A DNA stretch of 64,000 nt from the NCBI GenBank assembly GCA_964035545.1, contig OZ037770.1, positions 13,878,642 through 13,942,641 on the forward strand, given 5' to 3'. Position 1 is the stretch's first letter. The number at the start of each line of letters is the position of its first letter. Under the pieces are notes generated by a model, which had not been told where the DNA came from, made no database searches, and was given only the letters and a program-made list of their open reading frames with translations. The position numbers and the translations under genes are program-made. Source of the DNA: Bugula neritina. Taxonomy: Eukaryota; Animalia; Bryozoa. Below, one piece after another: positions 23,501 through 39,429 of this stretch.

Positions 23501-26500
23501 AGTATTAAGCAGATTCTTACAAGTGAAGCAGTGAAAGCATGTTGATAAAATTGGGTTATTAACATTTTGCTTGGGTTTTCAGTTAAACTGTTTAATGTTA
23601 TAGCTCCTCAACTTCTCATGCTTCAAATATCATGAGCTAGTGTTATTGACACTCAACTGCAGTTATGCAACTAGCTTGGCTGATCCCATGGGTCACAAAA
23701 TGTTATAAAATATAAAGCCTTTCTTAAATTTGAGACTCATATTTGAATGACATAAAATTTTAGAGTGTGGCTATAAGTCACGACAGCACCAATTAGAATA
23801 TTACAGGTATTATCTTAAAATAGGCATGCGCAGGGATATGTAAGTTAAAATCAAGTATAACATTTCAATTAAATCTTTTAAGTAAAACTATTAGACCTGT
23901 TGTAAAATATGCAATGAAGATTTAGAGCAGACAAAATATTTCAAGATGGATCGATACTGAATGAAAAGATGCCTGCCTAAATATAAAGTATTTTTAATAA
24001 ATTTTTGCATAAACTGAGCTTTGCTTTTCTTGGTAATATTTTTCTTTTAAAGAAGTTTTAGCCATAACATGAAACTATGTAAAGCATTTACGGTCCTTTG
24101 AACATAATGTAGCACAAACTCTTCAAAGTGTAATTAAGTGCACATGCTATCACGAATCATTTTGATACTACAAATTTAATCTGTCTATATTTAATATATA
24201 TCTATAGCTTTGTGAAAATGCTTTTTGTGAAAATGATGGATGTTGAGGTTATAGTCTAGCTATTATCATAGCATAAGTGTGTAAGTGTAATGAAAATGCT
24301 AACATAGCTAATCTGCTGTCTCATTCAGTGCACTAGCAGAGTAGCAGTGCTCTAACACTGTGTTAACAGCACATTCTGACCAAAGAGTTGAAAGGTCAAC
24401 AGCTATAAATTGAATATCACCGGCTTTCCATGTACCGATCTCAGATCGATCTCGCTGAGATCGATCTGAGAAATGTGCTGATCAGATCGATCGTTTTTCC
24501 ATGAGAGTGTCAGATCGATCTAGCGGAGTTGCCTCCTCTTAAGTGAAGAGTACTTTAATATTATATTTTTTAACCCACCTGGGTGATTCAAGCTAATGCT
24601 TTTGAAAAAACAAAATTTCCATAGTCTAAAATTCAGTGCCAGCTATAAACTCTACGCAGTAAAGCTTTTAGTAAGAAGCAATTTAGCCAACTTAAGATAA
24701 TTCATTTTAATATTTTAGTTTGACAGCTTATATAAAATTAATAGCTGTTATGCAGATTATTCATAAACTTACAGGACTATTGGGCTTAAAAATAAGCAGC
24801 AAATAACTAATGAAAGTAAGTTTTACTAGCCATTTAAATTCAATTTAAATGCTCCTACTTTTTCCACCTTCTACCGTCTATAATTTTATATAATTGAGTT
24901 TGTTTAATCATAGTACTGAAAGTCAAAGTTTTGGCATCTGAAAATGTGGCTATAGTAATTATTAAGTAATTTGCTTAGTAATTACCAATAAATTATCATT
25001 TTTATTAGCGGCGACATTTTAGCGAACAGTCTTTTTCTATTTCTCAGATCGAACTTTCGTCTTTCCATGACCTTATTGCCTTGAGATCGATCTGAGTTCG
25101 AGCTCTACAGACCGACCAGCTCAGAACGACTGAGATCGATCTTTAGCGTCTTTCCATGGATCGATCTCAGCGAGATCGATCTGAGATCGGTACATGGAAA
25201 GCCGGTGAATGACAGCCAGCATAACAAATGATTAATGGGACTTATCTCATAGTTGCCAATTCAGCTTGCTCATGCAGTAGCCAAAACCACAAACATGCTT
25301 TGAAGTTAATTTTTCTCAAGATTTTTTAAGAAAGAAAATTTTTAAAAATTTTCTGGAACTGCTAACCTGTGTGCTTATGCCAAAATATTAATCTCAGAAA
25401 AAATGAAACTCGTACTAGCAATAGTCTTCACACAAACCTTAAATTTCTACTGATTTTATGTGCTTGTTCTATATATCATGGAGACTACACTTCGCCCTTC
25501 TGGGAGGAGACAACTTCAAAATACGAATGTCCCCAGAGGGCTTGTGAAAAGCCTCTATAGTACAAAACACTCAACAGTGTTTTTGGACAACTTTATAAAT
25601 AAATGCAAAAATACAGAAGGACTCGAAACAAAATTAAGTAATACATTCTGTGCCAAACAGCTGTTCTATAATTGATAGAAAAGAAATTTGCTACCACTTA
25701 TGAAATCTCAAATGGTCCACTGGCTAATTAATTAATTGAATATAAAGGATTATCTATAATGCTACATAATGCTTGAGTAAAGAACAATACTTGAAAGTTT
25801 AGCTTACAATGCAAATAAAAGTATTGAGACTGCTAAATCAATAAGCGTAATGCAAACATACTTCATGAAAATAACTTTTCAACTAAACTTTACGTGAATG
25901 AAGCGAAGAAATTTTCCTTATTTGTTGCTGCAAAACACAAAATAGGAAATGGATTAATATGTGGGTAGTATAATGCTATGTTTGGCAAGTCACACTATAT
26001 TAACATTCTTCACAACAAAGAGTGCCCTCTATATTGCTGTCAGAAATGTCAGCATATTTCAGTGATAAGGCAAATCTGATTGCATGCCTGGGTAGAAGAC
26101 ACCAATTAATGAAGTCGATTTTTTCTAATTTGTGTGTTTTAATAATTTGTTTAAACTTTTTTTGCACAGTATTTGCTTCAATGTAATTGTGACTTCAGCT
26201 TGAGCAGGTTCTGTTGTAAATATAATGTTTTTATCTGCACAGATAATTCTGTCGTTTTGTATAAAAGAAAGCACCCTAAACCGCTCTACAATATGGTTTA
26301 GAGAAGGCAAGCTAATAGGTCTAAACTGCTGAATTTTTAGGCTCAGAAAACAGTTTTTTCTGCTATTTTAGCTGAACTATTTTAGTCAATCAACATTCTA
26401 GTGTTAATTTTTTAGGGTCGCTTTATGAATGTTCAAGAAACTAACACAAGAGAGCTTGGTATGTTCAGAAAATCTCTAGATGATTATGAACATTCTAAAC

Positions 26501-29113
26501 AAGCACCAACGAAGGCCAACATAGACACTACGAGTAAATACACTGCTTCTACTGACATCATCAGGTATAACTGTAGTCTGACTCTTAGGCAGCTGGTGTT
26601 GCTTTTCTTTACTGGTAATAATTCAGTCGGAATTATCCCAACAGTTTAAGTTTTGTTGTTATTTGGCTGTTAGAAGACAGAATAAAAATTCTCCTTAGTT
26701 TGCAGATTCTATTACCAAAGACATTGTTGGTATAACAGTTTTTGAGATTCTTTCAAGACAACACATTGACATGTGCAATGCAACAATGAAATCTGCTAAC
26801 ACATGCTTTAAGAAGTAAAATTGGAGTAAAATTGGCTCTTTTAAGTATTAAAGTAGTAAAAAACTTTTAAGTTAAAAGTTTTTCTATCTAAAGGATCTGT
26901 TGAAATTTAGCATGTTTCATCTTCTATATCATAAGCAATTTTAGTTGTACTGTAATTAAGTGTCAGAATTTTGTTAAAACTTGGGTGTTATATTTCTATG
27001 TCATATTATTATGAAAACAGGTGTGAGCTTACTAAAGAGTCACCTAGTGCAAGCCTGTCTCTTTATTCAGGTTAGTTTATAAGTAGACATCCTGGTATGA
27101 TAGATGTATTCCATGATGAAAAGTCATAAGTGTTTCTCTAAAATATTATATAACATATTTTTTTAGTAACATCTTCAATGCGTAAAATCACTACTGCACT
27201 TGTTACTTCTTTTTATTTGCAAAACTTTAGTCAGTTTCGCTTTGGAAAATTCTCGAAATGATTTTGCTGCATTTTTTATTTTTTGCTCTCTTTGCTGACG
27301 AACATGCAAAAAAATTCTTCTATTATTCATTATCTAGTATTGTTTTGCTTACAAATGTGCTTAAGTTGGCCTGTGGTAGCTGCATAACTAAAAAGGCATA
27401 CTTTAATTTATTGGTCACATGATTGCCTTCTGTAAAATCTTCAGTTTTGTTACTTTTAAATAGAATATGAACGATTTATTAGTATTTAGCTTACGTAATT
27501 TTAACTAATTATTTAATAAACATTCTAGTATAGTTTAATAAACAAGTTAGAAAAATAGCCATAACTTTGCGAGTTACAAAGTTTAAGATATACAATCTCC
27601 AATATGTTCAAATTTGACATAAAAAATTGAGTGAGCAAGATTCACTTTTAGTTTTTAAGTATGATCCCAGGCCAACTACATGTACTTATGAATTTGATTA
27701 AAAGCTGGGGTGAATACGACGTCTCAAATAATGTGTATCACTTATAGGGTCTCTTACAAAAGGTTCAGTTGAACTTGGTGTCAGCAAACATCCAGACACT
27801 ATTCAGTCCGATTCGTCTGACGAAGACTCAGACATTCTGTCAGAATCGTCCGACGAACACTCAGACACTATTCTGTCAGATTCGTTTAGTGAATTGCCTG
27901 GCTCCTTGGTTACGGAGAGCTTCAAATTAGGTGCAAACTCCGCAATTGATGAGCAGGAAGAGCAGCTAAACACTCCCAGCCATAAGTTTTATGTGAGTAC
28001 ATCTCTTTCTTTTTATTCAACGTATAACTAATCCTCTACTTCATCAGAACTGGGCTGTTAGCTTTACAGAATGTCTAACGCTCTTTCAACAAGATGTCAT
28101 AGTAATTAGCTTGTGCTTTAGGATTTTAATTTTTGTGAGGAGCACTGTTTTAATATCTACCTTCCAGGGTTGGGGTAAATGTGATTTTTAATTTTAATTG
28201 GTTGTAGTTAATTACATTTTTTCAAGTAATTGAATGTAATTTGTAATTGTTGTATAAAATGTAATTGTAATTGTAATTAATTACATTGCTAATGTATTTG
28301 AATTTTACGATTACTTTATAATTACATAGCAATTACTTCAAATTTTTAAATCTTATAAGATTAATATTTTTCCTGCCTTGCCTGCTGTTTAATAAAAAGT
28401 TCAGATTAATTTAATATCATATTCATCACTGTTGAGAGCAAGGAAGGTTTTCCGTTGTCAAAATTGCCCTGGGTAGTTGGACCCCAGAGGTGAGATTATA
28501 TAACTTTTATTTGTCTCCTGTGACTACAAACGTAATTGTAATTGTAATTAATTACATTACAATATAATTGTAATTGTAATTAATTACATTTATTTCAACT
28601 GTAATTGACAAAGCATCATGTAATTGTAATTGTAATTAATTACATTAATATGTAATTGACCCCAATCCTGCTACCTTGACATTGGCAGTTTTTTATATTG
28701 TAAATGTGCACAAGTAGTTTTTTCTCACCTATCTCCGCTTTGTCCTGTTCGAGTAGCGGGAAATGTGCACAATTAGTTGCTAATTGCTAATTATGGACAG
28801 CAAAAATGAATAACACGAAACAAGACCGAAGAAAATTACCAAAGTTACTATTTAGGGTTAAAACTTATATAATATATTGAGGAGTTTATTTAAATTCTAG
28901 CATGGTTGGAAATCTCGAGTAGAGAAAAATGCTGAAGACAAGAATGCATATACTGAAAAAGGGAGACTTGACAGAATTCAGGCAATGAATAGGTTCAAAC
29001 ATAGCCGGGGTTTTGTACAAACTCCTAAATTGTTCGTGGAGTCTGCTGACAAGGCATTAAACAAGGTTAACGTAAATGCTTTGATGGAGTACACAACCTC
29101 TTCTAACGTTACC

Positions 29114-29159
<46 letters not shown>

Positions 29160-29208
29160 GTATATATATATACATATATGTATATATATACAAATATATA
29201 TATATATA

Positions 29209-29303
<95 letters not shown>

Positions 29304-32300
29304 GTATATATATATATGTATATATATACATATATAGATTCATATTTGGGTTCATAGGTGGTCAATTTGGTATGTATAACATCCATAGGGGGCTCTGTGC
29401 CCATAGGGGGCTGCTCATAGGGGGCACCATGTTTGAGTGTTTTAAATTACTCAGAACAGTCTGTTATGGTATATAGACACTATTTTAAAAATAGGCTCAC
29501 AGAAGGACAATTTGATATTTTCCAATATCAGAGGGGGCTCTGTATATATATACAAAAAGCCCCCTATGGTATTATACAATATCAAATTAGGGAGTTGTCT
29601 CCCCAAAAACTAATGTAAAGGTTTTTCACTGTTGGAAACACTTAATTACATTGATAATAATATCATTTCAGTTGCTATAATTGTGCCAGGGCTTAAGGTA
29701 GAACTTGTATAGAAATCTGGTCTGCATCTCCGTTAAAAAAATATATTTGAGTTGTTGTGAGCTTATATATAGTATATCTGCCCCCTATGAGCCTATATAT
29801 TCTATATCTGCCCCCTATGAACCTATATATTCTATATCTGCCCCCTATGAACTTATATATATTATATCTGCCCCCTATGAGCCTATATATTCTATATCTG
29901 CCCCCTATGAGCCTATATATTCTATATCTGCCCCCTATGAACTTGTATATATTTTATGTGCCATCTTTGAGCTCATATATACTATATATGTGCCGCTATG
30001 AGCCTAGATATGTTATATGTGCCCCTTATGAGCTCATATATGCTGCATGTATGCGATCCCCATAAGCCTGTGTATACTATATCTGCCCCCTATGAGCCTA
30101 TATATTCTATATCTGCCCCTATGAGCCTATATATTCCATATCTGCCCCCTATGAACTTATATATATTATATCTGCCCCCTATGAGCCTATATATTTTATA
30201 TCTGCCCCTATGAGCTTATATATATTATATCTGCCCCCTATGAACTTATATATATAATATCTGCCCCCTTTGAGCTTATATATTCTATATCTGCCCCCTA
30301 TGAACTTATATATATAATATCTGCCCCCTATGAGCTTATATATTCTATATATGCCCCCTATGAGCCTATATATTCTATATCTGCCCCCTATGAATTTATA
30401 TATATAATATCTGCCCCCTATGAGCCTATATATTATATATTTGCCCCCTATGAGCTTATATATTCTATATCTGCCCCCTATGAACTTATATATTCTATAT
30501 CTGCCCCCTATGAGCTTATATATTCTATATCTGCCCCCCATGAACTTATATATATAATATCTGCCCCCTATGAGCTTATATATTCTATATATGCCCCCTA
30601 TGAGCCTATATATTCTATATCTGCCCCCTATGAATTTATATATATAATATCTGCCCCCTATGAGCCTATATATTATATATTTGCCCCCTATGAGCTTATA
30701 TATTCTATATCTGCCCCCTATGAACTTATATATTCTATATCTGCCCCCTATGAGCCTATATATTTATTATCTGCCCCCTATGAGCTTATATTATATTATA
30801 TATCTGCCCCTATGAGCTTATATTATATTCTATATCTGCCCCCTATGAATTTATATATTCTATATCTGCCCCCTATGAGCTTATATATATTATATCTGCC
30901 CCCTATGAGCCTATATATTCTATATCTGCCCCCTATGAGCTTATATATATTATATCTGCCCCCTATGAGCTTATATATATAATATCTGCCCCCTTTGAGC
31001 TTATATATTCTATATCTGCCCCCTATGAACTTATATATATAATATCTGCCCCCTATGAGCTTATATATTCTATATATGCCCCCTATGAGCCTATATATTC
31101 TATATCTGCCCCCTATGAATTTATATATTTAATATCTGCCCCCTATGAGCCTATATATTCTATATCTGCCCCCTATGAGCTTATATATTCTATATCTGCC
31201 CCCTATGAATTTATATATATAATATCTGCCCCCTATGAGCCTATATATTCTATATATGCCCCCTATGAGCCTATATATTCTATATATGCCCCCTATGAGC
31301 TTATATTATATTCTATATCTGCCCCCTATGAGCCTATATATTATATATCTGCCCCTATGAGCTTATATTATATTCTATATCTGCCCCCTATAAACTTGTA
31401 TATATTTTATTTGCCATCTTTGAGCTCATATATACTATATATGTGCCGCTATGAGCCTAGATATGTTATATGTGCCCCTTATGAACTTATATATTCTATA
31501 TCTGCCCCCTATGAGCCTATATATTCTATATCTGCCCCCTATGAGCTTATATATATTATATCTGCCCCCTATGAGCCTATATATTCTATATCTGCCCCCT
31601 ATGAGCTTATATATATTATATCTGCCCCCTATGAACTTATATATATAATATCTGCCCCCTTTGAGCTTATATATTCTATATCTGCCCCCTATGAACTTAT
31701 ATATATAATATCTGCCCCCTATGAGCTTATATATTCTATATATGCCCCCTATGAGCCTATATATTCTATATCTGCCCCCTATGAACTTATATATTCTATA
31801 TCTGCCTCCTATGAGCCGATATATTTATTATCTGCCCCCTATGAGCTTATATTATGTTATATATCTGCCCCTATGAGCTTATATTATATTCTATATCTGC
31901 CCCCTATGAATTTATATATTCTATATCTGCCCCCTATGAGCTTATATATTCTATATCTGCCCCCTATGAGCTTATATATTCTATATCTGCCCCCTATGAG
32001 CCTATATATTCTATATCTGCCCCCTATGAGCTTATATATATTATATCTGCCCCCTATGAGCCTATATATTCTATATCTGCCCCCTATGAGCTTATATATA
32101 TTATATCTGCCCCCTATGAACTTATATATATAATATCTGCCCCCTTTGAGCTTATATATTCTATATCTGCCCCCTATGAACTTATATATATAATATCTGC
32201 CCCCTATGAGCTTATATATTCTATATATGCCCCCTATGAGCCTATATATTCTATATCTGCCCCCTATGAATTTATATATATAATATCTGCCCCCTATGAG

Positions 32301-35300
32301 CCTATATATTCTATATCTGCCCCCTATGAGCTTATATATTCTATATCTGCCCCCTATGAACTTATATATATAATATCTGCCCCCTATGAGCCTATATATT
32401 CTATATATGCCCCCTATGAGCCTATATATTCTATATATGCCCCCTGTGCGCTTATATTATATTCTATATCTGCCCCCTATGAGCCTATATATTATATATC
32501 TGCCCCCTATGAGCTTATATATATTATATCTGCCCCCTATGAGCCTATATATTCTATATCTGCCCCCTATGAGCTTATATATATTATATCTGCCCCCTAT
32601 GAACTTATATATATAATATCTGCCCCCTTTGAGCTTATATATTCTATATCTGCCCCCTATGAACTTATATATATAATATCTGCCCCCTATGAGCTTATAT
32701 ATTCTATATATGCCCCCTATGAGCCTATATATTCTATATCTGCCCCCTATGAATTTATATATATAATATCTGCCCCCTATGAGCCTATATATTCTATATC
32801 TGCCCCCTATGAGCTTATATATTCTATATCTGCCCCCTATGAACTTATATATATAATATCTGCCCCCTATGAGCCTATATATTCTATATATGCCCCCTAT
32901 GAGCCTATATATTCTATATATGCCCCCTGTGCGCCTATATTATATTCTATATCTGCCCCCTATGAGCCTATATATTATATATCTGCCCCTATGAGCTTAT
33001 ATTATATTCTATATCTGCCCCCTATGAACTTGTATATATTTTATGTGCCATCTTTGAGCTCATATATACTAGATATGTGCCGCTATGAGCCTAGATATGT
33101 TATATGTGCCCCTTATGAGCTCATATATGCTGCATGTATGCGATCCCCATAAGCCTGTGTATAATATATCTGCCCCATATGAGTTGATGTATACTATGTG
33201 TGCCCTATATCAGCAAGCACAGTCCACATCGTCTGATTGTATAGTAGGTTTATTAATTCGCATATTTTTAATTTGATGTCTTTCTCTGCAATTATGACTT
33301 TCAGCTTTAGAATTTTATTTGTTATATGCAGCACGTTTTCAAATTAAAAAAATTATCAACCTAAGAAGATACATACCTTTTGCTGTCTCCAATTTGCTGC
33401 TCAAATTTTTATTTTTGCTTCTGGTAGAAACAGGCATTTTTTCTAACAATTTAGTTATAGTGTTTAAAAGTACTAAATGGTTTCCCAGCAGCCTTTACTT
33501 AGCTGAAATGTAACTTTCCAGTGTCAGAATGGCAGCTTTGACAAATTTCTTGTATACATATACTGCTAGTAACAGAGAAAATGATCTGTTCCTGCAATCA
33601 CTTCTACTAAGGTCTATAGAGGGAGACCACATCCCTACAATTATGTAAAAGATAATAGACCCCCTGTAGTTTTGGGCCTAGTTTCTTTGCATCTTCATAA
33701 TAATTTTAATCAGGAAACTTAAGTAAGCTTAGAAGTTTTTAATTTACTAAAAATGGCTGCTAAGAGGGGTACCTTAGTTTGAACTTTATACAGAAATCCT
33801 ATAATTAGCCTATTTGGCTGCAACTTCAAAAGCACTCTCATATTTATAAATTCTTTTGAAGGAGTTTACCCTCAAATACTGTTGTACAATAAAGAAAAAA
33901 TTTCAAGCTAGCTGTTCTACTTTTCTTGGTTTTGTGTTATCTCAGAACACGCAGAGTTTATAGTCTTTATGAGAGACCTTTTTCAACTGACTGAGAGCAT
34001 AATAGCTGAGATCTTGTCTGCTGTCACTACAACACGGACTTTTATAATAGGAAATATTAAGAAATGCTTGCAGCTTACCTTTGCTATTAAATATTAGACC
34101 CTGTAGAATATAAGATAGGCCCTACACCAAATTTCATTCACAATAAATCTAATGGGAATCAGTAGAGATGATGAATTCAAAGTTATTAACACATATTATT
34201 GAAAACTATTTATACAAGTCTTACTCTTTTTGTTGGTAGTCAAATTATATGACTAGCAAGAAGTTTAGATTTTGTTATTCACCCATTGCGTGAACAATAC
34301 TTTTTCTAGCTGCATTATTTTACTTGAAAAATTTTCAAAACAGGGAAACCAATTCAGCAACTAGTTTTAAAGTTTGAAAAAGGCATGTAGCACCAGTGTT
34401 ACACTGGTCATCGGTCTCTATAACAGTAACAATTCAGTTTAATTCCAAATAGACAACCCCCTCCATATAGACGCCAAACAATATATTCTACTTAGACTGC
34501 CTACTGAACAGCTATATTTAAAAGCGTTAGAAAATGAAAATTGTACTTTTTATAAATAATATGTATTTTGCTGGAAATATTTTGTTGCATGCAATTAATA
34601 GAAGCTGGGGGAAACCCTGAGTATGTCTCATGTAAACACAGTTGGAGCAAATACACCAGCTAACTGTAGAATGGCTAAATATTTGCAGCCGTAATACCTA
34701 TAAACAATTCAACTAAAAAGTAGACATGGATGTGAACATTGTAGCTATTTGGTAATTAGTATAATAGCTTAACAGCGGATTTGCTCTTATCCTTACTAAG
34801 TGACAGGCAAAGTAAGAATTTACAAAATAAATTCTTTTAACAATACATTAGGCCAAGAACTACAGCAAATTGAAATTAATGATGGGTGTCTTTAGATTGC
34901 CTAACTTTTTTGGAGCTACTTACATTTTTCTTTCTTATATTGAAGAAAAAACAGCCATTTAGTTTAGACTTAGCAAAGGCTAGCAACTGTAAGACATGTA
35001 GTATTAGTCAAGTAGCTAACCTGTTACACAGGAAACTTAATAAATAAAATGTTCTGCCTCAGCAAAAGAAGTTTAAGCTTTTTACAATCGTGGCTCATTA
35101 AACGCTTGAATATTTTTATGTATAAACACCTAAAGTAAGTTTGTGATTTGAAATTAATGGCAAAAGGTTGAACACAAATTATTTACTATTGCCTTTCTTG
35201 GCCTGGGCCCAACCAGGCTAAGCAACTTAATTGACTACTAAAATTTTATGGAGAACTCGAATAGCTGACGTGTAAAACCATGTAAAAGTCAGCCGATCAG

Positions 35301-38300
35301 CAATGTGTACCAGGTCAACACCCCATTATTATAGCTTATATAAAATTCTGCAAGTTCAGTTGCAAACTGCATGCTTCTAGAAAGCAGTTGTGCAACTTTT
35401 TTTAAGTGCATTACTTCATTTCATATCTTAAATTTATGACACTCTGATGTATTTTCAAACATCTAAAGCAAGTGTGTATAAAATGCAATTAAAAATTGTA
35501 TGTCTACAAAAATGACCTGGTACACTTTTGCAGCTGAAGGCCAGTTGTTACATAACTCTTAGCTTTATTTGTTCTCTATTATACTAGTGTGAACTCTTGT
35601 TCTCCAATATGCCAGATTTTGGTACAGAACTCTGATTAGCTGGGTTTTTGAATGGTTTTCTAATACATACATCTGATTGCCTGAATAGTGCACACTGCAT
35701 CTACCTTTACATGGTGCAAGCTACAGGGTAGTATTATACCATCTTTCTGTTTACCAATTTTTTGTTCACAATAGTGAATAGGCTATTCAGCAAAGATTTT
35801 ATGGCATGTAAGCCATGGGAACTTTTACATGGTCTAAGTAATTTTAGAGGTAATGGCTTTCATTATAGAGCTAATAACAGGCTCCAACCTTATAGAGATA
35901 CACAAAGGGCTACATAAGGACAACAACAACTACAATAAGTATAACATAGGACATGAAGTTTGAAGCAATTTTGCTGGCAATTCCCCAAAGAATTAATATT
36001 ATACCTAACTAATGTAAACTTTGAACACATTTTTTCAACTTGCTGAAACTCCATACCAGCAAGAAATCTTTTTAACGAAGATAAATTGCATTTTGTAAAA
36101 CTGTTTGATGTTGTCGTGCAGCTCTGGCTAAATAAGGAAACATAGAGCAAGCCATTTATTTTGTAAAACTAATCATAAAGTACAGAATAAATCATGAAAA
36201 GTTGTATAATTTTGTATTTTAGTTTCACTTGAAGCTTTCCTGCAGCGTAGCAGTGTTTGTTCTATCCATTCAGTCAGTTACTTAATTGTTTATTAGTTTG
36301 TAGGCTGTTCTATTTACTCTAGGCCCTAGGCTTTAAGAATGAAGAACTAGCACTATCTAGCACCATCTAGCACTTGTAACCTATTGATAGTCCAGGGTGC
36401 TTTACTTGCCATACTCTGGCTTGCAGACAGAGGATTCAAATTGCTTTTTATGACTAGATACCTGTTATATTTTGCTCTTACAAGATAAATCAATTTTTAA
36501 ATATTCTCAAAGTAAAAACATGTTTAAAGGTAGCACCATACGTTGTTGTTCAGTTTGTATCTCTACCCCAATATTCTGCATTATATTTGTCTTCTATCAA
36601 TTTGTGAAAAGAGCTACTGAAAGAGCTTTTTATGAAACTTAAAACAAATTGAAACATTTACCCAATACTCAACTTACTGGATTGCTCTCTATCATGGTAG
36701 GCTATCAACAAAGCAAGCCAAAATTGCTTATTCTGAAATTTAGCTTTTGTGAAAATTGGCAAGCTTTAGTTAATAACCTGTAATTATATAGCCAAGTTGT
36801 TTAATTAAGATTTAAAGTAGCATTGTGTTACACACAATAGTTTCAGAAAATAATTGAAAGAAAAATTTAATAATATATTACTATAAAGTACCAGGAAAGT
36901 CTTGCTGATGTTTATAAAGCATGCATTAAACATTCTGTATTTCAATGGAAGATAACTTACACATTGTAGAAGGAAAGTTGTCCACTTGTCTTAGTTTACA
37001 AGGCTATGTCGTAATGCTAGTAGTAGACTGATACCCAAACAACAAAAAATAGGGAAAAATCTGGTGCTTGTCATAAATATTATGTTAATTTGTCTCTCTA
37101 GCATTAGGACAAAAAGAGAGATAAACCAGTTGCATATATAGTGCGATTGTGCATAAACTGCTATCCTAGCTTACAAATTGTTGAGTGCCAATATTTGAAT
37201 TGTCAATATATTTATGCCAGGTAAGGCCAGTAAGAAAATGTAGTTTACCAGTACAAGATTAAATAAAAAGTACGTAAAAGCAGTAACAGAGACAAGTTCT
37301 GAAACGTCTGCTCATGCAAACAAAATGCCCAATTGCTAAGAGTTGGGAGCAGTTTTGAAGAAGCTTGTATATTATACCACTAATTGTTAACATTAAATCT
37401 ATAAAAGTTACTGTTAAAGATTGAAAAAAAATCAAGGCACATTCAGAAGCTTGCTAATATATTTCTTTTGAAGCTATTGCAATTAAAGAGTAATTTGTAG
37501 TGTAACTGCTGCATTTCTAGCCCACAAAAAGTTTCAATAGCTTATAAAAGGCTAGACAACAGGGTTTTCAAATTTTGTTTTAGTACACATAGCTTCAGGT
37601 TTTTTTAAGAAGCGCTATTTTATATATTAGCAACTGTGAAAGATATAGTTAGGGGTTGCTCTTATTTGTGCTCCGTAAAGCATTTAAAAAAAGAACTCAG
37701 ATATGGGTTTGAGAAGAAAGGGCATATAATTAGTAGCCTTACATTCAGCTTTAACTCAATATATTTTACTGAAGCGTTGAGTTAATCTCTATAGACTTTA
37801 GAGCATATGAAAGTGTACTAACCGACTGTTTTGTGTGCACTATAGCAAAGAATCACAGTTCAAAGTACATTTTCAGATATAAATGATTGTGAAAAATATA
37901 TTTTAATTGGTTTAATCCTATCATATATTACAAGTCTCTTTGTTATGTAAATTCAAATAGAATACTATAATTATTTTGAAATAAATATTAAAAAATTATC
38001 AGCCTATTGTGCATTAGTACTTCAAATAATATTAGCAATGACAAAAATATTAATAGGAGATTTTTTTCTCATATGATGCATCATGAAGATGAAGTGCAGA
38101 AAATGTGCTAATATTCTTAAGATTAGTTTAAAGCAATGGTGTTCTGCGTGTTCTTTAATGATTGATTACAAACAGTGCCCTCAAATTGCCATCTATATAA
38201 CTGTTCAAAGAATCACTGAGGCAGACTTTTAAGAAATCTGCAAAATACTGTACCTATACGGTTGATTTAATGAAAGGAATAGCTAGTAAAACTTCAAAAA

Positions 38301-39362
38301 TAAGCCTTTGAAGCAAATCGTTTAGCATCTGGTAAATAGAAGTGCATACCTGGCCGTTTTTTTTAGTAATACCTATATAGTGGTGCTATCCATCCAATTG
38401 TTTTTTATTAAAAGACTTTAGATCATATAGCTAGTTTAGAAATTAGTTTTATCTTGCTTTGCTCGAATTATATAAGTAGGTATATGCATAGTAGCTAAAT
38501 GAACTTAACACACATATTTTTTAATACAGGAAAATACTATAGATATTAGATATTACAGTATAAACTGGCTGCAATCAAATTGAGTAATTTTTAAAATAAA
38601 ATATACATTATATGTTTCATTCATTCTTTAAGTATACAATATAGGCTTATAATAATTTGAGGCAACTTTTAATTAATTAATTATATCTGTATTTTGTCAA
38701 CTAACTGCTATTCTATTTTTGCTATTACAATATTTTACTTCACTTGCTTATTGAATGACGTGCAATTTCTTTTTCAAAGTACTTGTTTTTATAGTTTAAA
38801 ATTATATAAACTTGGTTCAATTTAATTGAACTTTTCCTGTTATATAAAAAAAAATATATATACAACTTTCATTACCTGAACAAAATATAAGAATAAGCAA
38901 AACATCAACATACAGGGTGCACTTTGAATTATTAGACATAAAAATCCTTATTCAATTTTAAAAAGGAAATACATAACATAGGAAATTGAAGTGTAATTTT
39001 TTTATTTAGAATGCATGGCTCTATCAGTTCCTTACAGAGATTAATGGCATAGTGTGAATAGAAGTTGAAAAATAATTGTTTTTCAACTGAAATTGTTGGA
39101 GAATTAATTATAGCAGACAAAGTAGAACAAAACCAATTGAGTTTCTATACTTTGCATAGTACAAATGTAATATAGCTATTATTACTCAAAAAGTAAAAAT
39201 GAGAAGACAATTTCAAAGTAAAAAAAATATGATATATTCTGATAACAGAGGGGGCTCTGTTTATAGGCCCCTATGGTATCGAAATATACCAAATGCATAT
39301 AAGCCCCCTATGAGCAGCCCTCTATGAAACCACATTTAAGAATATATATATATATATATATA

Positions 39363-39429
<67 letters not shown>

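Noticed and set aside
28978-29476. YIYIYI ORFs on both strands
   Set aside because: Translation of (TA)n; only 28901-29115 is treated as an exon.
29755-33200. CRISPR-like array
   Set aside because: Head-to-tail repeats without unique spacers, no cas genes, eukaryotic context.
29705-33276. Long ORFs with ISAPYELIY or [10 protein letters not shown] repeats (e.g. 31854-33152, 432 aa)
   Set aside because: Artefacts of a 30-bp minisatellite that lacks stops in some frames; no non-repeat coding context.
33300-39200. Transposase or MIF4G exons inside the 10-kb insertion
   Set aside because: Only short ORFs with no motif I can recognise; an HMM search is needed to exclude decayed coding sequence.
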